From NCBI RefSeq assembly GCF_037902255.1, contig NZ_CP147990.1, positions 1,920,001 through 1,952,000 on the forward strand: 32,000 bases of DNA, given 5' to 3'. Position 1 is the stretch's first letter. Every line of letters begins with the position of its first letter. This document shows positions 1 to 9,277 of this stretch, piece by piece. This DNA is from Candidatus Electrothrix sp. GW3-4. GTDB lineage: Bacteria > Desulfobacterota > Desulfobulbia > Desulfobulbales > Desulfobulbaceae. Under the pieces are notes generated by a model. The model searched no databases, was not told where the DNA came from, and was given only the letters and a program-made list of their open reading frames with translations. The translations under genes were made by a program, and so were the position numbers.

Positions 1-107
1 CCCGTATTCTGGCAGGGAGCCATGACCTGATATGTATTGCCGGTTCACTTTATCTTGTTGGAATAGCTCGACAGCTGTTGTTAGGAGGACTTGTCGATGA
101 TGAATGA
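1..107 (+). CDS. 3' end of an upstream gene (partial); C-terminus resembles FolC/Mur-ligase family
   Basis: Frame 3 is open from the window edge to TGA at 105-107. It reads RILAGSHDLICIAGSLYLVGIARQLLLGGLVDDE. The GSLYLVG..R ending is typical of folylpolyglutamate synthase C-termini (recalled, not searched). It is absent from the ORF track because it has no start in the window. Confidence 0.4.
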   Translation, partial: RILAGSHDLICIAGSLYLVGIARQLLLGGLVDDE

Positions 108-384
108 AGATTTTATCTATGGTTTTGGTGTTGATGATTCAACTATCAGAGCAGAAAGAAGAAAAGCCAGGGAGCTGCGCAAGACCCGTTGGTGGCAACA
201 AAAGACGGCTGATGGCATCTGTCATTACTGTCAACGTAAGTTCCCTGTCAAAGAGCTGACTATGGATCATATCATTCCCCTGTCCAGAGGGGGCCGCTCC
301 ACCAAAGGGAATTTGGTTCCCTGTTGCAAGACATGTAACACGGCCAAAAAGACTGATCTGCCCCCGGAGCTTGAGGAGCTCTAA
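97..384 (+). CDS. small stand-alone HNH endonuclease
   Basis: HNH/zinc motif CHYC..(x13)..DHIIPLSRGG..NLVPCCKTCN. AGGAGG at 84-89 lies 7 nt before ATG 97, which I prefer over the track's TTG at 91. It overlaps the end of the upstream gene by 11 nt. Confidence 0.8.
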   Translation: MMNEDFIYGFGVDDSTIRAERRKARELRKTRWWQQKTADGICHYCQRKFPVKELTMDHIIPLSRGGRSTKGNLVPCCKTCNTAKKTDLPPELEEL

Positions 385-479
385 TGAGCACATCCCATCA
401 CTGACAAGCAGCTTTCACGTTTCCCATTAAGGCTGTTTGTCTCTCTCCTCCATCTCTTTTTTTCTTTTAACCATTCTCT

Positions 480-508
480 TTGACTTGTTTCTTCCTCTCA
501 TATAGAAT
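480..508 (+). promoter_or_regulatory. candidate sigma70 promoter for the peroxidase genes
   Basis: TTGACT (480-485), 17-nt spacer, TAGAAT (503-508), about 60 nt upstream of ATG 571. Confidence 0.35.
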
Positions 509-570
509 TATGAGCAAAATAGTAACACCACATCGCATGCCTTACCAATCCAATTAAATAGGAGGAAAAA

Positions 571-1566
571 ATGAAGATCAAAGCAGGTGTGATGTCCTTC
601 CTTTGCATGGCTCTTTTGGGCGCAGCAGGTGCTGTTGCCGCAGAGGAACCCATCCAACCCATTGCCCCGGTCAAGGAGATTAATTTGGCTAAGGCCGAAC
701 TGGGCAAGAAGCTCTTTTTTGATCCCCGCCTCTCCAAGTCAGGTTTTATCTCCTGTAACTCCTGTCATAATCTGAGCATGGGCGGCTCAGACAACCTCAA
801 GACCTCTATCGGCCATAACTGGCAGCAAGGCCCGATTAACGCACCCACTGTCCTGAACTCCAGCTTGAATTTTGTCCAATTCTGGGATGGCCGGGCAGAG
901 AGCCTGAAGGATCAGGCCGGAGGCCCCATTGCCAATCCCGGTGAAATGGCCCTGACCCATGCCCTGGCAAAAGGCATCCTGGAATCCATCCCTGGTTACG
1001 TCACCGAATTCACCCAGGTCTTTGGCGACAATACCGTCAATATTGATCGGGTCACCGATGCCATTGCTGAGTTTGAAAAGACCCTGGTTACCCCGAATTC
1101 CCGCTTTGACCAATGGCTCATGGGCGATAAGGAGGCCCTGACCGCTGATGAACAGGCTGGCTATAAACTGTTTAAGGACTCCGGCTGTATCTCCTGTCAT
1201 TACGGGGCAGGCATGGGAGGGACTTCTTTTCAAAAGATGGGGGTCATGGAAGAGTATAAGGCCAAGAGTCCGGCCGAGGGCCGCAAGGCTGTGACCGGTA
1301 AGGATGAAGATCGCTTTGCCTTTAAGGTCCCGACCCTGCGTAATGTGGAGCTGACCTACCCGTACTTCCATGACGGCGAGGCCGAGACCCTGACCGAGGC
1401 GGTTGACATCATGGGCCGCCTGCAGCTGGGTGCCAAATTCACCGATGAGCAGAACGCCCAGATCGTGGCCTTTCTCAAAAGTCTGACCGGTGAGCAGCCG
1501 TCATTTACTCTGCCCATCCTGCCGCCTTCCAGCGACAAGACGCCGCCACCCAAACCCTTTGAGTAA
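571..1566 (+). CDS. ccp: di-haem cytochrome c peroxidase (CCP/MauG family), copy 1
   Basis: Signal peptide, two haem c motifs (CNSCHN and CISCHYG), and the conserved FWDGRA, GPIANPGEM and PTLRNV blocks of bacterial CCPs. Confidence 0.9.
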   Translation: MKIKAGVMSFLCMALLGAAGAVAAEEPIQPIAPVKEINLAKAELGKKLFFDPRLSKSGFISCNSCHNLSMGGSDNLKTSIGHNWQQGPINAPTVLNSSLNFVQFWDGRAESLKDQAGGPIANPGEMALTHALAKGILESIPGYVTEFTQVFGDNTVNIDRVTDAIAEFEKTLVTPNSRFDQWLMGDKEALTADEQAGYKLFKDSGCISCHYGAGMGGTSFQKMGVMEEYKAKSPAEGRKAVTGKDEDRFAFKVPTLRNVELTYPYFHDGEAETLTEAVDIMGRLQLGAKFTDEQNAQIVAFLKSLTGEQPSFTLPILPPSSDKTPPPKPFE

Positions 1567-1656
1567 GATCCGGTCTTTTATGCCAACAAGTTGATCTATC
1601 TTTCGTCTCCCCGGCTCTGCCGGGGATTCTTTGAGGTATTTTTTGAGACACTTTCT

Positions 1657-2652
1657 ATGAAAAAAACAGTCGGCGTCATTCTCTTGACCTATGGGCTCTC
1701 CTTGGCTGTCAGTACAGCCGGAGCCGCCCAGAAACCGGTAGAACCCATTGCCCCGGCCACGGGCATTAACCAAGCAAAGGCTGAATTGGGCAAGAAGCTC
1801 TTTTTTGATCCCCGCCTCTCCAAATCAGGCTTTATCTCCTGCAATTCCTGCCATAACCTGAGCAGGGGCGGCACCGATAATCTGAAGACCTCCATTGGCC
1901 ATAACTGGCAGCAGGGCCCTATTAACTCGCCCACAGTCCTCAATTCCAGTATGAATTTTGTCCAGTTCTGGGATGGCCGGGCCAAGGACCTCCAGGATCA
2001 GGCGGGCGGACCCATTGCCAATCCCGGCGAGATGGCCTTTAGCCATGATCTGGCCGAAGAGGTGCTGCAATCCATCCCTGGCTACGTTGCCGAGTTCAAG
2101 AACGTCTTTGGCAAGGACAGGATCGCTATTGACCAGGTGACTGATGCCCTTGCCGAGTTTGAAAAGACCCTGGTTACCCCGAATTCCCGCTTTGATCAGT
2201 GGCTCAAGGGTGATAAAGAGGCCTTAACAGCAGAGGAACAGGCAGGCTATACCCTCTTTCAGGAGTCTGGTTGTATCTCCTGTCATTATGGGATGGCCAT
2301 GGGCGGGGGCAGCTTTTACAAGATGGGCATGGTGGAGGAGTTCAAGGCCAACAGCCCGTCCCAGGGGCGCAAGGACGTGACAGGGAAGGAAGAGCATTAT
2401 TTCATGTTCAAGGTCCCGACCCTGCGCAATGTGGAGCTGACCTCTCCCTATTTTCATGACGGATCGGCTCGGACCCTGTCCCAGGCCGTGGACACCATGG
2501 CCCGCCATCAGTTGGGCAAGAAGTTCACCCAGGAAGAAAATGGGCAACTGGTGGCCTTCCTGAAAACTTTGACAGGTGAGCAGCCCTCGTTTCCCCTGCC
2601 CATCCTGCCCCCTTCCAGCGAGACCACCCCACGTCCCAAGCCGTTTGAATAG
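1657..2652 (+). CDS. ccp: di-haem cytochrome c peroxidase, copy 2 (tandem paralogue)
   Basis: Same motifs as copy 1 (CNSCHN, CISCHYG). I chose the start at ATG 1657 (MKKTVGVILL signal peptide) rather than the track's TTG-like 1591 extension. Confidence 0.9.
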   Translation: MKKTVGVILLTYGLSLAVSTAGAAQKPVEPIAPATGINQAKAELGKKLFFDPRLSKSGFISCNSCHNLSRGGTDNLKTSIGHNWQQGPINSPTVLNSSMNFVQFWDGRAKDLQDQAGGPIANPGEMAFSHDLAEEVLQSIPGYVAEFKNVFGKDRIAIDQVTDALAEFEKTLVTPNSRFDQWLKGDKEALTAEEQAGYTLFQESGCISCHYGMAMGGGSFYKMGMVEEFKANSPSQGRKDVTGKEEHYFMFKVPTLRNVELTSPYFHDGSARTLSQAVDTMARHQLGKKFTQEENGQLVAFLKTLTGEQPSFPLPILPPSSETTPRPKPFE

Positions 2653-2759
2653 ATCAGTTCCCGGATTTCTTGCTGGCAGTCGGAGTTTCTTCGACTGCCT
2701 GACCTTTCCTTGGCAGTCTTTCCATCTGCCTTGGTTCTCCCCCTTTAAAAAAACACTGT

Positions 2760-3869
2760 ATGCGTCTCCCTAAGAAACAAAAAAGCACGGAACAGTCCAG
2801 GCCCTGTGGCTGAGTGGCGCAAGACCATTCGACAGTTCTGTCGAACGCACTTGCTGCATTCACCCCGCCGAAGAACACCAACCTGTTGGTCGGCCATGAA
2901 ACAGCAGACTCTGCGGCTATTTACCGTTTGTCCTCTGATGTCGCGACAATAAATACGGTCCGTCTTATCCCCCAGCCAGTTGCTGATCCCTACTGGTTCG
3001 GCCAGATTGCTGCTGCCAACGCCCTTGGCAAGGTCTACGCCTTGGGCGGCAGGCCGGTAACGGCCCTTAATATCGTCCTCTTTCCCGGCGAGCAGCAGAA
3101 GAGGGGGACCGTGCTGGAGGTGCTCAGGTTAGCCTTCTTTCCTTCCAGGCAGCTGGACCTGGGGATATTCCAGGAGATTCTCCGGGGTGGGCATGATAAG
3201 GTGATCGAGGCCGGGGCCTGCCTGGCGGGCGGTCAGTCCCTGCATGAGGCAGAGCCCCAATACGGGCTCTGTGTTAATGGGGTGGTGCATCCAGAGAAGA
3301 TTATCACCCCAACTGGTGCCCGAACCGGGGATGCCCTTATCTTAACCAAGCCTTTGGGGGCCGGGGTCCTTTTACAGGCGGTGCGCGCTGGCAAGTATCC
3401 TTTTCAGGATCTGGAAAAAGAGACCTTGCCGCACCTTGCCGCCTTGAACAACAAGACCCTGGAGGCAGCCCTTGAGTTTGACCTCCATGCCTGCGCCGAT
3501 GTGAGTAATGCTGGGATTCTTGGCTGTCTGCTGAACATCGCCCGTGGCGCTCAGGCCGGAGTTATGCTGAACTACCAAGACGTTGTTTTTTACCCAGGTG
3601 CGGTAGAGATGTATCAGAAAGGGGTGATAACGGACAGCAATAAGGCGAACCGGGCCCTGCTTGCCCGGCATGATCTGCGGATCCAAACAGGGCTGTCAGC
3701 GGCTGAAACGGAACTCCTTTATGATCCGCAGGTTTCCGGCGGGTTATTGCTGGCCCTGCCCAAGGACCAGGCACTGGACTTGCTGGCGGCCTTGCGTGAT
3801 AAGGGGGTGAAAGAGGCTGTTTGTATCGGTGAAATAGTTGATGAGCCTGTCGGGATAAGGATTAAGTAG
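2760..3869 (+). CDS. selD: selenophosphate synthetase (SelD)-like protein with in-frame UGA (Sec) at 2811-2813
   Basis: PurM-fold SelD blocks are present: NLLVGHET, FGQIAAANALGKVYALGG, LTKPLGAG, DPQVSGGLLLAL. The frame is open from ATG 2760 except for one TGA at 2811. By hand alignment that TGA falls on the catalytic Cys17/Sec position of E. coli SelD. The track shows only the 2814-3869 part. Confidence 0.7.
2828..2845 (+). promoter_or_regulatory. SECIS-like hairpin downstream of the selD UGA
   Basis: Perfect palindrome TTCGACAGTTCTGTCGAA: a 7-bp stem with loop GTTC, starting 14 nt after the TGA. GCG (2817-2819) and CGC (2846-2848) could extend the helix. Confidence 0.45.
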
Positions 3870-3875
3870 TGTCAA

Positions 3876-3908
3876 ACCGACAGCCCCTCAGGCTGTCGGT
3901 CCTTTTTC
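3876..3908 (+). terminator. Rho-independent terminator after selD
   Basis: 10-bp stem ACCGACAGCC/GGCTGTCGGT, loop CCTCA, then CCTTTTTC. Confidence 0.7.
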
Positions 3909-4153
3909 AGTAACGAATCATTTGATTTTGTGAGTGAAGACCTTGTCAAGGCAGCCCTCCCACCACCTATGGTACAAAAACCACTCTATCAGCTTGCCTA
4001 CCACCACCCAAAACCGTTATACTGGCGCCTGAACAGGCAACATCCTGGAAGCGCGATCTGTCTTCGCCTCTTATAATCCCAGACTTCCGCACAGGACGAT
4101 TTCATTCATCGCCCTCATCTGCGTACAAGCCAATAAAAAAAGGAGAACATCCT

Positions 4154-5335
4154 GTGAAGAAAACATTCCGGTTTATGGCCGCACTCTGTAGCCTCGTCCT
4201 CTGCTTTACCCTGACCTCCTGCGGCTCCGGTAGAAAAAAGGCCATCAAAGTAGGCCTGAACATCCCCATGACCGGTGATATCCCCAAGGTCGGTGAAGGG
4301 AGCAAATATGCTGCTGAGATGTGGCTGGAGGAGATCAACAAGGCCGGAGGCATTGAGGTTGGCGGTGAAAAATACGCTGTTGAGCTTGTCATTGAGGATA
4401 ATGAATCCAAGGCCGAATCAGCGGTTAAGGCCAACACCAAGCTGATCACCCAGGACGACGTCCTGATTATCATTGGTCCGCAATCCTCTAAACAGGCCAT
4501 TCCGGCCGGTGATGTGGCCAATAATTATGCGACTCCGATGATCAGTCCCTGGTCCACCAACCCGGATACCACGGCCAACCGCCCCTATGTCTTCCGGGGT
4601 TGCTTCCTTGACCCCTTCCAGGGACCAGTCTTGGCCAATTTCATCACCGATGAGTTCAAGTTTAGCAAGGCCGCAGTGCTCTATGATGTGGCCAGCGATT
4701 ATCCCAAGGGCTTGGCTGAATTCTTTAAGAAATCATGGGAAGAGAAACACGGCACAGGCTCAGTGGTGGCCTATGAGAGTTTCACCACCAGAGACACCGA
4801 TTTCAGCTCCCAGCTGACCAAGATCATCCGCTCCGGCGCTGAGGTGCTCTTTACTCCGCAGTACTATAATGAGGTCGCCCTGATTGTACAGCAGGCCAAG
4901 GATCTGGGCTGGCAAGGCCCCATTGTAGGCAGCGATAGCTGGGGCTCAGCCGAGACCATTGAGCTCTGCGGTAAGGCCTGTTACGGCCAGTTCTTCAGTA
5001 CCCATTATGCAGCGGCCGGAGCCCAGGGTGCCACCAAGGCCTTTATTGATCGCTACAAGGCCAACTATGGTTATGTCCCTGATGACGTGGCCGCCCTGAC
5101 CTGGGATGCCCTGGGGCTGGCCCAGGCCGCCATTGAGGGGGCCGGAGAAATCAGCGGTCGGGTGAAAGATGATCGCCAGGCCGTTCGTGATGCTCTGGCC
5201 AAGGTCAAGGATTTTCAAGGGATCACCGGCAAGATGACCTTTACCGAGGAGGGAGACCCCAAGAAATGCGCGGTCATTGTCAAGATCAGCGATAAGGGAG
5301 AGTACGAATTTTACAAATCGATTTGTCCGGAATAA
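4154..5335 (+). CDS. ABC-transporter substrate-binding lipoprotein, LivJ/LivK (branched-chain amino acid, Peripla_BP_6) type
   Basis: Lipobox LTSCGS after a signal peptide. The protein shows type-I periplasmic binding protein sequence character throughout. AGGAG lies 8 nt upstream of GTG 4154. No permease or ATPase genes are adjacent. Confidence 0.8.
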   Translation: MKKTFRFMAALCSLVLCFTLTSCGSGRKKAIKVGLNIPMTGDIPKVGEGSKYAAEMWLEEINKAGGIEVGGEKYAVELVIEDNESKAESAVKANTKLITQDDVLIIIGPQSSKQAIPAGDVANNYATPMISPWSTNPDTTANRPYVFRGCFLDPFQGPVLANFITDEFKFSKAAVLYDVASDYPKGLAEFFKKSWEEKHGTGSVVAYESFTTRDTDFSSQLTKIIRSGAEVLFTPQYYNEVALIVQQAKDLGWQGPIVGSDSWGSAETIELCGKACYGQFFSTHYAAAGAQGATKAFIDRYKANYGYVPDDVAALTWDALGLAQAAIEGAGEISGRVKDDRQAVRDALAKVKDFQGITGKMTFTEEGDPKKCAVIVKISDKGEYEFYKSICPE

Positions 5336-5599
5336 ACTCCCATCCCAGCGGGCCGAGACAACGAAGCTTCACTGGCCTCTTTCATAGAAACCTGATAGGA
5401 TAGAGAAAGAAACAGCATCTGGCCCCGGTGCCAGATGCTCCAACCAGACACTGGCTAAAAGGGTTTTTCCGCCCCCTCTCCGCACGGAGGCGGGAGAGCA
5501 GCCTCAGGTCAATTGTAAGTGATTTTTTTCATCTGCACACAAGCACGGGTCATCAGGCCCGGAGCTTTGCTCTGTTTGCTATGACCAAGAGAGTCTCTG

Positions 5600-6727
5600 A
5601 TGTCCTTCCTCTACGATGCCCTTTCTTCCGCCTGGAACCTGCTGAACCAATCAGCCGTCTATATGCTCTTCGGTCTGCTGGTCAGTGGCTTGCTCAAAGA
5701 ATATCTCTCTCCCACCTATATCGCCAATCACTTGGGCTCTGGTCGTTTTAAGTCGGTATTCAAGGCAGCCCTGCTCGGCATCCCTGTCCCGCTCTGTTCC
5801 TGCGGTGTCCTGCCCGCAGCCGCCACCCTGAAAAAACAAGGGGCCAATAACGGGGCCGTGACCGCCTTTTTGATCTCCACCCCGGAATCCGGGATTGACT
5901 CCATTTCCATTACCTGGGCCCTGCTTGATCCGATCATGACCATTGCCCGTCCGGTTTCTGCCTTTCTTTCTGCGGCCATTGCCGGAACAGCAGAAAACCT
6001 TTTTTCTTTTTCCGGCTCAGCGCCTACAAGCACGCTAGGACAGCAAAACAAGGCCACAGTAGCCGAGAAAAACTCTTGCGGCTGTGGCTGCGACAAGGAG
6101 GAACAAGAAAAAATTTTCCTAGGAGAAGCCGGGACAAAGAAGAGCTTTCTCAAAGAATTTCCTGGAAAACTCAAGGCAGGTATCAGGTACGCGGTCTTTG
6201 ATATCTGGAAGGAGCTGGCGGGTTGGTTCTTCGTTGGTATCCTGCTGGCTGGCGTCATCACCGTGCTCCTGCCTGATACCTTTATTACGGCCTATCTCGG
6301 TGGTGGCCTGGGATCTATGCTCCTGATGCTGGTGATCGGCATTCCCCTCTATATCTGCGCCACGGCCTCTACTCCTATCGCCGCAGCCTTTCTCCTCAAG
6401 GGGGTGAGCCCAGGGGCAGCCTTGATCTTTCTCCTGGTCGGTCCAGCCACGAATATCACCTCTCTCTCCGTGTTGATGGGTCTTCTCGGCAAACGGACTG
6501 TAGCCATCTACCTCACCTCTATCGCCCTTGTCAGTGTTACCTGTGGGCTCATCCTGGATGCCGTGTACAGTATGCTCGGCATCTCTGTTCTGGCTGCGGT
6601 GGCAAGGCATGGGGAGCTCCTGCCTGAACAGCTGAAGCTCGCAGCGAGCATCCTCCTTCTTATCCTCTCCATTCGCCCGCTAAAAAACAGCCTGCAACGA
6701 CGCTTTGGTCAAAAAAAGAAAGATTAA
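5600..6727 (+). CDS. DUF318/ArsP-type permease (SO_0444-like putative metal efflux permease)
   Basis: Multi-pass membrane protein with the family-typical CSCGVLP motif in an early TM helix and a Cys-rich cytoplasmic loop (SCGCGCD). Confidence 0.7.
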   Translation: MSFLYDALSSAWNLLNQSAVYMLFGLLVSGLLKEYLSPTYIANHLGSGRFKSVFKAALLGIPVPLCSCGVLPAAATLKKQGANNGAVTAFLISTPESGIDSISITWALLDPIMTIARPVSAFLSAAIAGTAENLFSFSGSAPTSTLGQQNKATVAEKNSCGCGCDKEEQEKIFLGEAGTKKSFLKEFPGKLKAGIRYAVFDIWKELAGWFFVGILLAGVITVLLPDTFITAYLGGGLGSMLLMLVIGIPLYICATASTPIAAAFLLKGVSPGAALIFLLVGPATNITSLSVLMGLLGKRTVAIYLTSIALVSVTCGLILDAVYSMLGISVLAAVARHGELLPEQLKLAASILLLILSIRPLKNSLQRRFGQKKKD

Positions 6728-6741
6728 AACCGTTCTATAGG

Positions 6742-6777
6742 ATGTGCTGAAGTCAAAGTGTGCAGAACACATTTTTA
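6742..6777 (+). terminator. candidate terminator between the convergent permease and TerB-like genes
   Basis: Imperfect hairpin ATGTGCTG...CAGAACACAT followed by TTTTT (6772-6776). Confidence 0.35.
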
Positions 6778-7260
6778 TTCTGATAATGACTCAAGTATAC
6801 TGAAAAAACAGGCCTTTTCATCTGGATTAAAACGCTCTTCGAAGTCATAAGGATAATCCGTGACCGAACAGGAGGCAATATCCATACATGCAGCGAGCAG
6901 CGAGCTTCTCAGTCTTTCATTGTCTCCTTTATCAGCAGCTGAAAGCCGGACTGGTTTGACAAAATTTCTCAAAGTGCTCATAAGGTCAGCTGAGGGGCGT
7001 TCTTCGATAAACTGTTCTGCAAAGTCTCTTGCTGCCTGAAAAGAAAGAACCTGACATCCAGCAAGTCGGTTCACATGTTCAACATGTCGTTCAATATAAT
7101 TTTCAAGTGCGGCAATCTCGCCCCGCTGCGTCAGACCGTCCGCCCACATCATTTCTATGAGCGGAATGAGGTCAATCAGATAGACCTGCTCTTCGGTAAT
7201 GCCGTACCCTTTCAGAGCTTTCAAAGCGTCTTTGCGTGATATAACGATGTGTTCTACCAT
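6775..7260 (-). CDS. TerB-like (tellurite-resistance TerB/DjlA-N fold) protein
   Basis: 161-aa acidic helical protein with the MMWADGLTQRGEIAALENYI motif, characteristic of TerB-family domains. The assignment rests on motif recall only. Confidence 0.5.
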   Translation of the reverse strand: MVEHIVISRKDALKALKGYGITEEQVYLIDLIPLIEMMWADGLTQRGEIAALENYIERHVEHVNRLAGCQVLSFQAARDFAEQFIEERPSADLMSTLRNFVKPVRLSAADKGDNERLRSSLLAACMDIASCSVTDYPYDFEERFNPDEKACFFSILESLSE

Positions 7261-7477
7261 TGATCCCTTCCTCCAGTTATCTTATAAAGGGGATATCCTT
7301 TCCCCGCAACAACAAAACATTACCACTGCATCCCCAAAAAGCAAGTGGAAACTCCTCGACATTTACTCACAACCACTTAATTCCATAAGAAAAGAAGTCA
7401 TACACAACCCCATCCTTCCTCTCGTATCGTTCAATGCACCCTCTGTTGAACCTTGATCCGTTGCTCTTCAGACCGTA

Positions 7478-7813
7478 TCACCCGCTCAGCAACAGCCCAG
7501 AGCGCGGCACTCCCCCCATTCCAGCGAGATGACAAAGCGGCATGGTGACAAAGTTCTGCTCCCCAGGATAGGGCAGAATCGAACCCTGGGTGATAAATTC
7601 CAAGATAATATAGACGAGGTAGGTTGGAGTGAAGTGAACAAGGTGGCAAGAGAGGACACGCCAAAGTTTACCTTGGACAACAGCATAACGGTCCAAAATC
7701 CAGAGCGAATGAAGCTGAGAAAAAAAAGGGTAAGCACCGGCAGGGGTAGCCGGTGCTCTGTTCTTAAGCAGGATCTTGGACAGAATCAGGCCTGTCTGCT
7801 CTTTGTCCGCCAT
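7478..7813 (-). pseudogene. truncated rhomboid/rhombosortase-like fragment
   Basis: LWRVLSCHLVHFTPTYLVYI matches the WR..T.H...HF....H...N block of rhomboid TM2, but Tyr and Ile sit at the His/Asn positions. The ORF ends about 50 residues later, so the region that would carry the catalytic His is absent. The neighbouring minus frame also reads a GxSG-like GGSAALW. Confidence 0.3.
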
Positions 7814-7874
7814 ACCCCGCATCCAACCGCAAGGACCAGCAGGAGAAGGTAGGCAAGATTTATGTCGCTTCTTG

Positions 7875-9227
7875 CTAAATGCGGTCGGCCCGTCGGATGA
7901 CATCACAGAGCTCCAAGGCTATATTGGAGATCTCTTTTTCATCCTCACCCTCAGCCATGACCCGGATGACCGGTTCAGTTCCAGAAGGCCGGACCAGGAT
8001 ACGTCCTCGTTTGCCGAGCTGTTCTTCAGCTGCCTGCAAGGCCTCTGAAAAACCCTGGATCTGCTCTGGTGCAATCTTGCTGGACATGCGGACGTTTTCC
8101 AGCACCTGCGGGTACGAGGTCATAATATCTGCCAATGCAGAGAGGGGCTTTTTCTTTTTAATCATAATCGCCAACAACTGCAGGGCGGCAAGAATGCCGT
8201 CACCCGTGGTGTTATGATCAAGAAAGACCAGATGTCCAGACTGCTCTCCGCCAAAATTATAGCCCTTGGCCCGCATCGTCTCCACAACATAACGATCCCC
8301 CACATTGGCCCGTACCAGCTGCCCTCCCAGGTCAGCCATAACCTTTTCCAGGCCCATATTGCTCATCACGGTGGCAACCAGGGTCTTCTTCTTCAGCTTT
8401 CTGCGGCTGACCAGATCAGAGGCGCAGATGGCCATGATATGATCCCCATCCACAATGGCCCCTGTCTCATCACAGACAATGAGCCGATCTCCATCACCAT
8501 CAAGGGCCAAGCCAATATCTGCACCGAGCTGTTTGACCTTTTCTGCCATGACCTCGGGATGGAGGGCCCCGCAATTCTTGTTGATGTTTTTACCGTCCGG
8601 CTCAACACCGATGCAGGTCACCTTGGCTCCGAATTCGGCAAAGACGTGCGGTGCGACCTTATAGGTAGCCCCATGAGCACAGTCAAGAACAATATGAAAA
8701 TCATCCAGGGTATACTTATCAGGAAAGGTATGTTTCAAAAAAACAATATAACGCCCACAGGCATCGTCAATCCGCGTAGCCTTTCCTACCTCATCAGCCA
8801 CCGGCCTGAGGGCCGCCATTTTTTGAGAAAAAATCAGATCCTCAATATCAAGCTCCGTCTCATCAGGGAGCTTGAATCCATCCCTGGAAAAGATCTTGAT
8901 CCCGTTATCCTGAAAAGGATTATGGGAGGCAGAGATAACCACCCCTGCATCGGCTCGCATTGAGGTCGTGATAAAGGCGATCCCAGGCGTGGGCAGGGGG
9001 CCCAGGAGCTGCACGTCAACGCCCATTGAACAGATTCCGGCGGCCAGTGCGTTTTCAATCATATAACCGGACAGTCTGGTATCTTTACCAATAACAATAT
9101 GATGGCGCTTGGTATTCTTTTTAACGATAAAGGCGATAGCCCGGCCCAGTTGCATGGCTATTTCTGTGGTCATGGGGTAGGTGTTGGCCACCCCGCGCAC
9201 ACCGTCTGTCCCAAAGAGTTGTCGCAT
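7875..9227 (-). CDS. glmM: phosphoglucosamine mutase
   Basis: Full-length match to GlmM signatures: active-site SASHNP, DGDGDR, GEQSGH, N-terminal FGTDGVRG. Confidence 0.95.
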   Translation of the reverse strand: MRQLFGTDGVRGVANTYPMTTEIAMQLGRAIAFIVKKNTKRHHIVIGKDTRLSGYMIENALAAGICSMGVDVQLLGPLPTPGIAFITTSMRADAGVVISASHNPFQDNGIKIFSRDGFKLPDETELDIEDLIFSQKMAALRPVADEVGKATRIDDACGRYIVFLKHTFPDKYTLDDFHIVLDCAHGATYKVAPHVFAEFGAKVTCIGVEPDGKNINKNCGALHPEVMAEKVKQLGADIGLALDGDGDRLIVCDETGAIVDGDHIMAICASDLVSRRKLKKKTLVATVMSNMGLEKVMADLGGQLVRANVGDRYVVETMRAKGYNFGGEQSGHLVFLDHNTTGDGILAALQLLAIMIKKKKPLSALADIMTSYPQVLENVRMSSKIAPEQIQGFSEALQAAEEQLGKRGRILVRPSGTEPVIRVMAEGEDEKEISNIALELCDVIRRADRI

Positions 9228-9277
9228 AATCCTGCCTGATCAAAAGAGGGTTAACAAAAATGCCGAAGCCCTGCTGC

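Noticed and set aside
787-1371. Long antisense ORFs inside confirmed genes: 787-1371 (-), 8214-8963 (+), 22187-22999 (-), 5728-6261 (-), 12949-13464 (-), 27371-27907 (-).
   Set aside because: These are shadow ORFs opposite strongly supported genes (ccp, glmM, thiC, permease, mutY, FGE-like). They have low-complexity composition and no motifs.
7571-7590. The minus-strand string GGGTTCGATTCTGCCC resembles a tRNA T-loop (GGTTCGATTC).
   Set aside because: The flanking bases do not form a T-stem, and no acceptor, D or anticodon arms can be drawn. The string lies inside the rhomboid-like reading frame.
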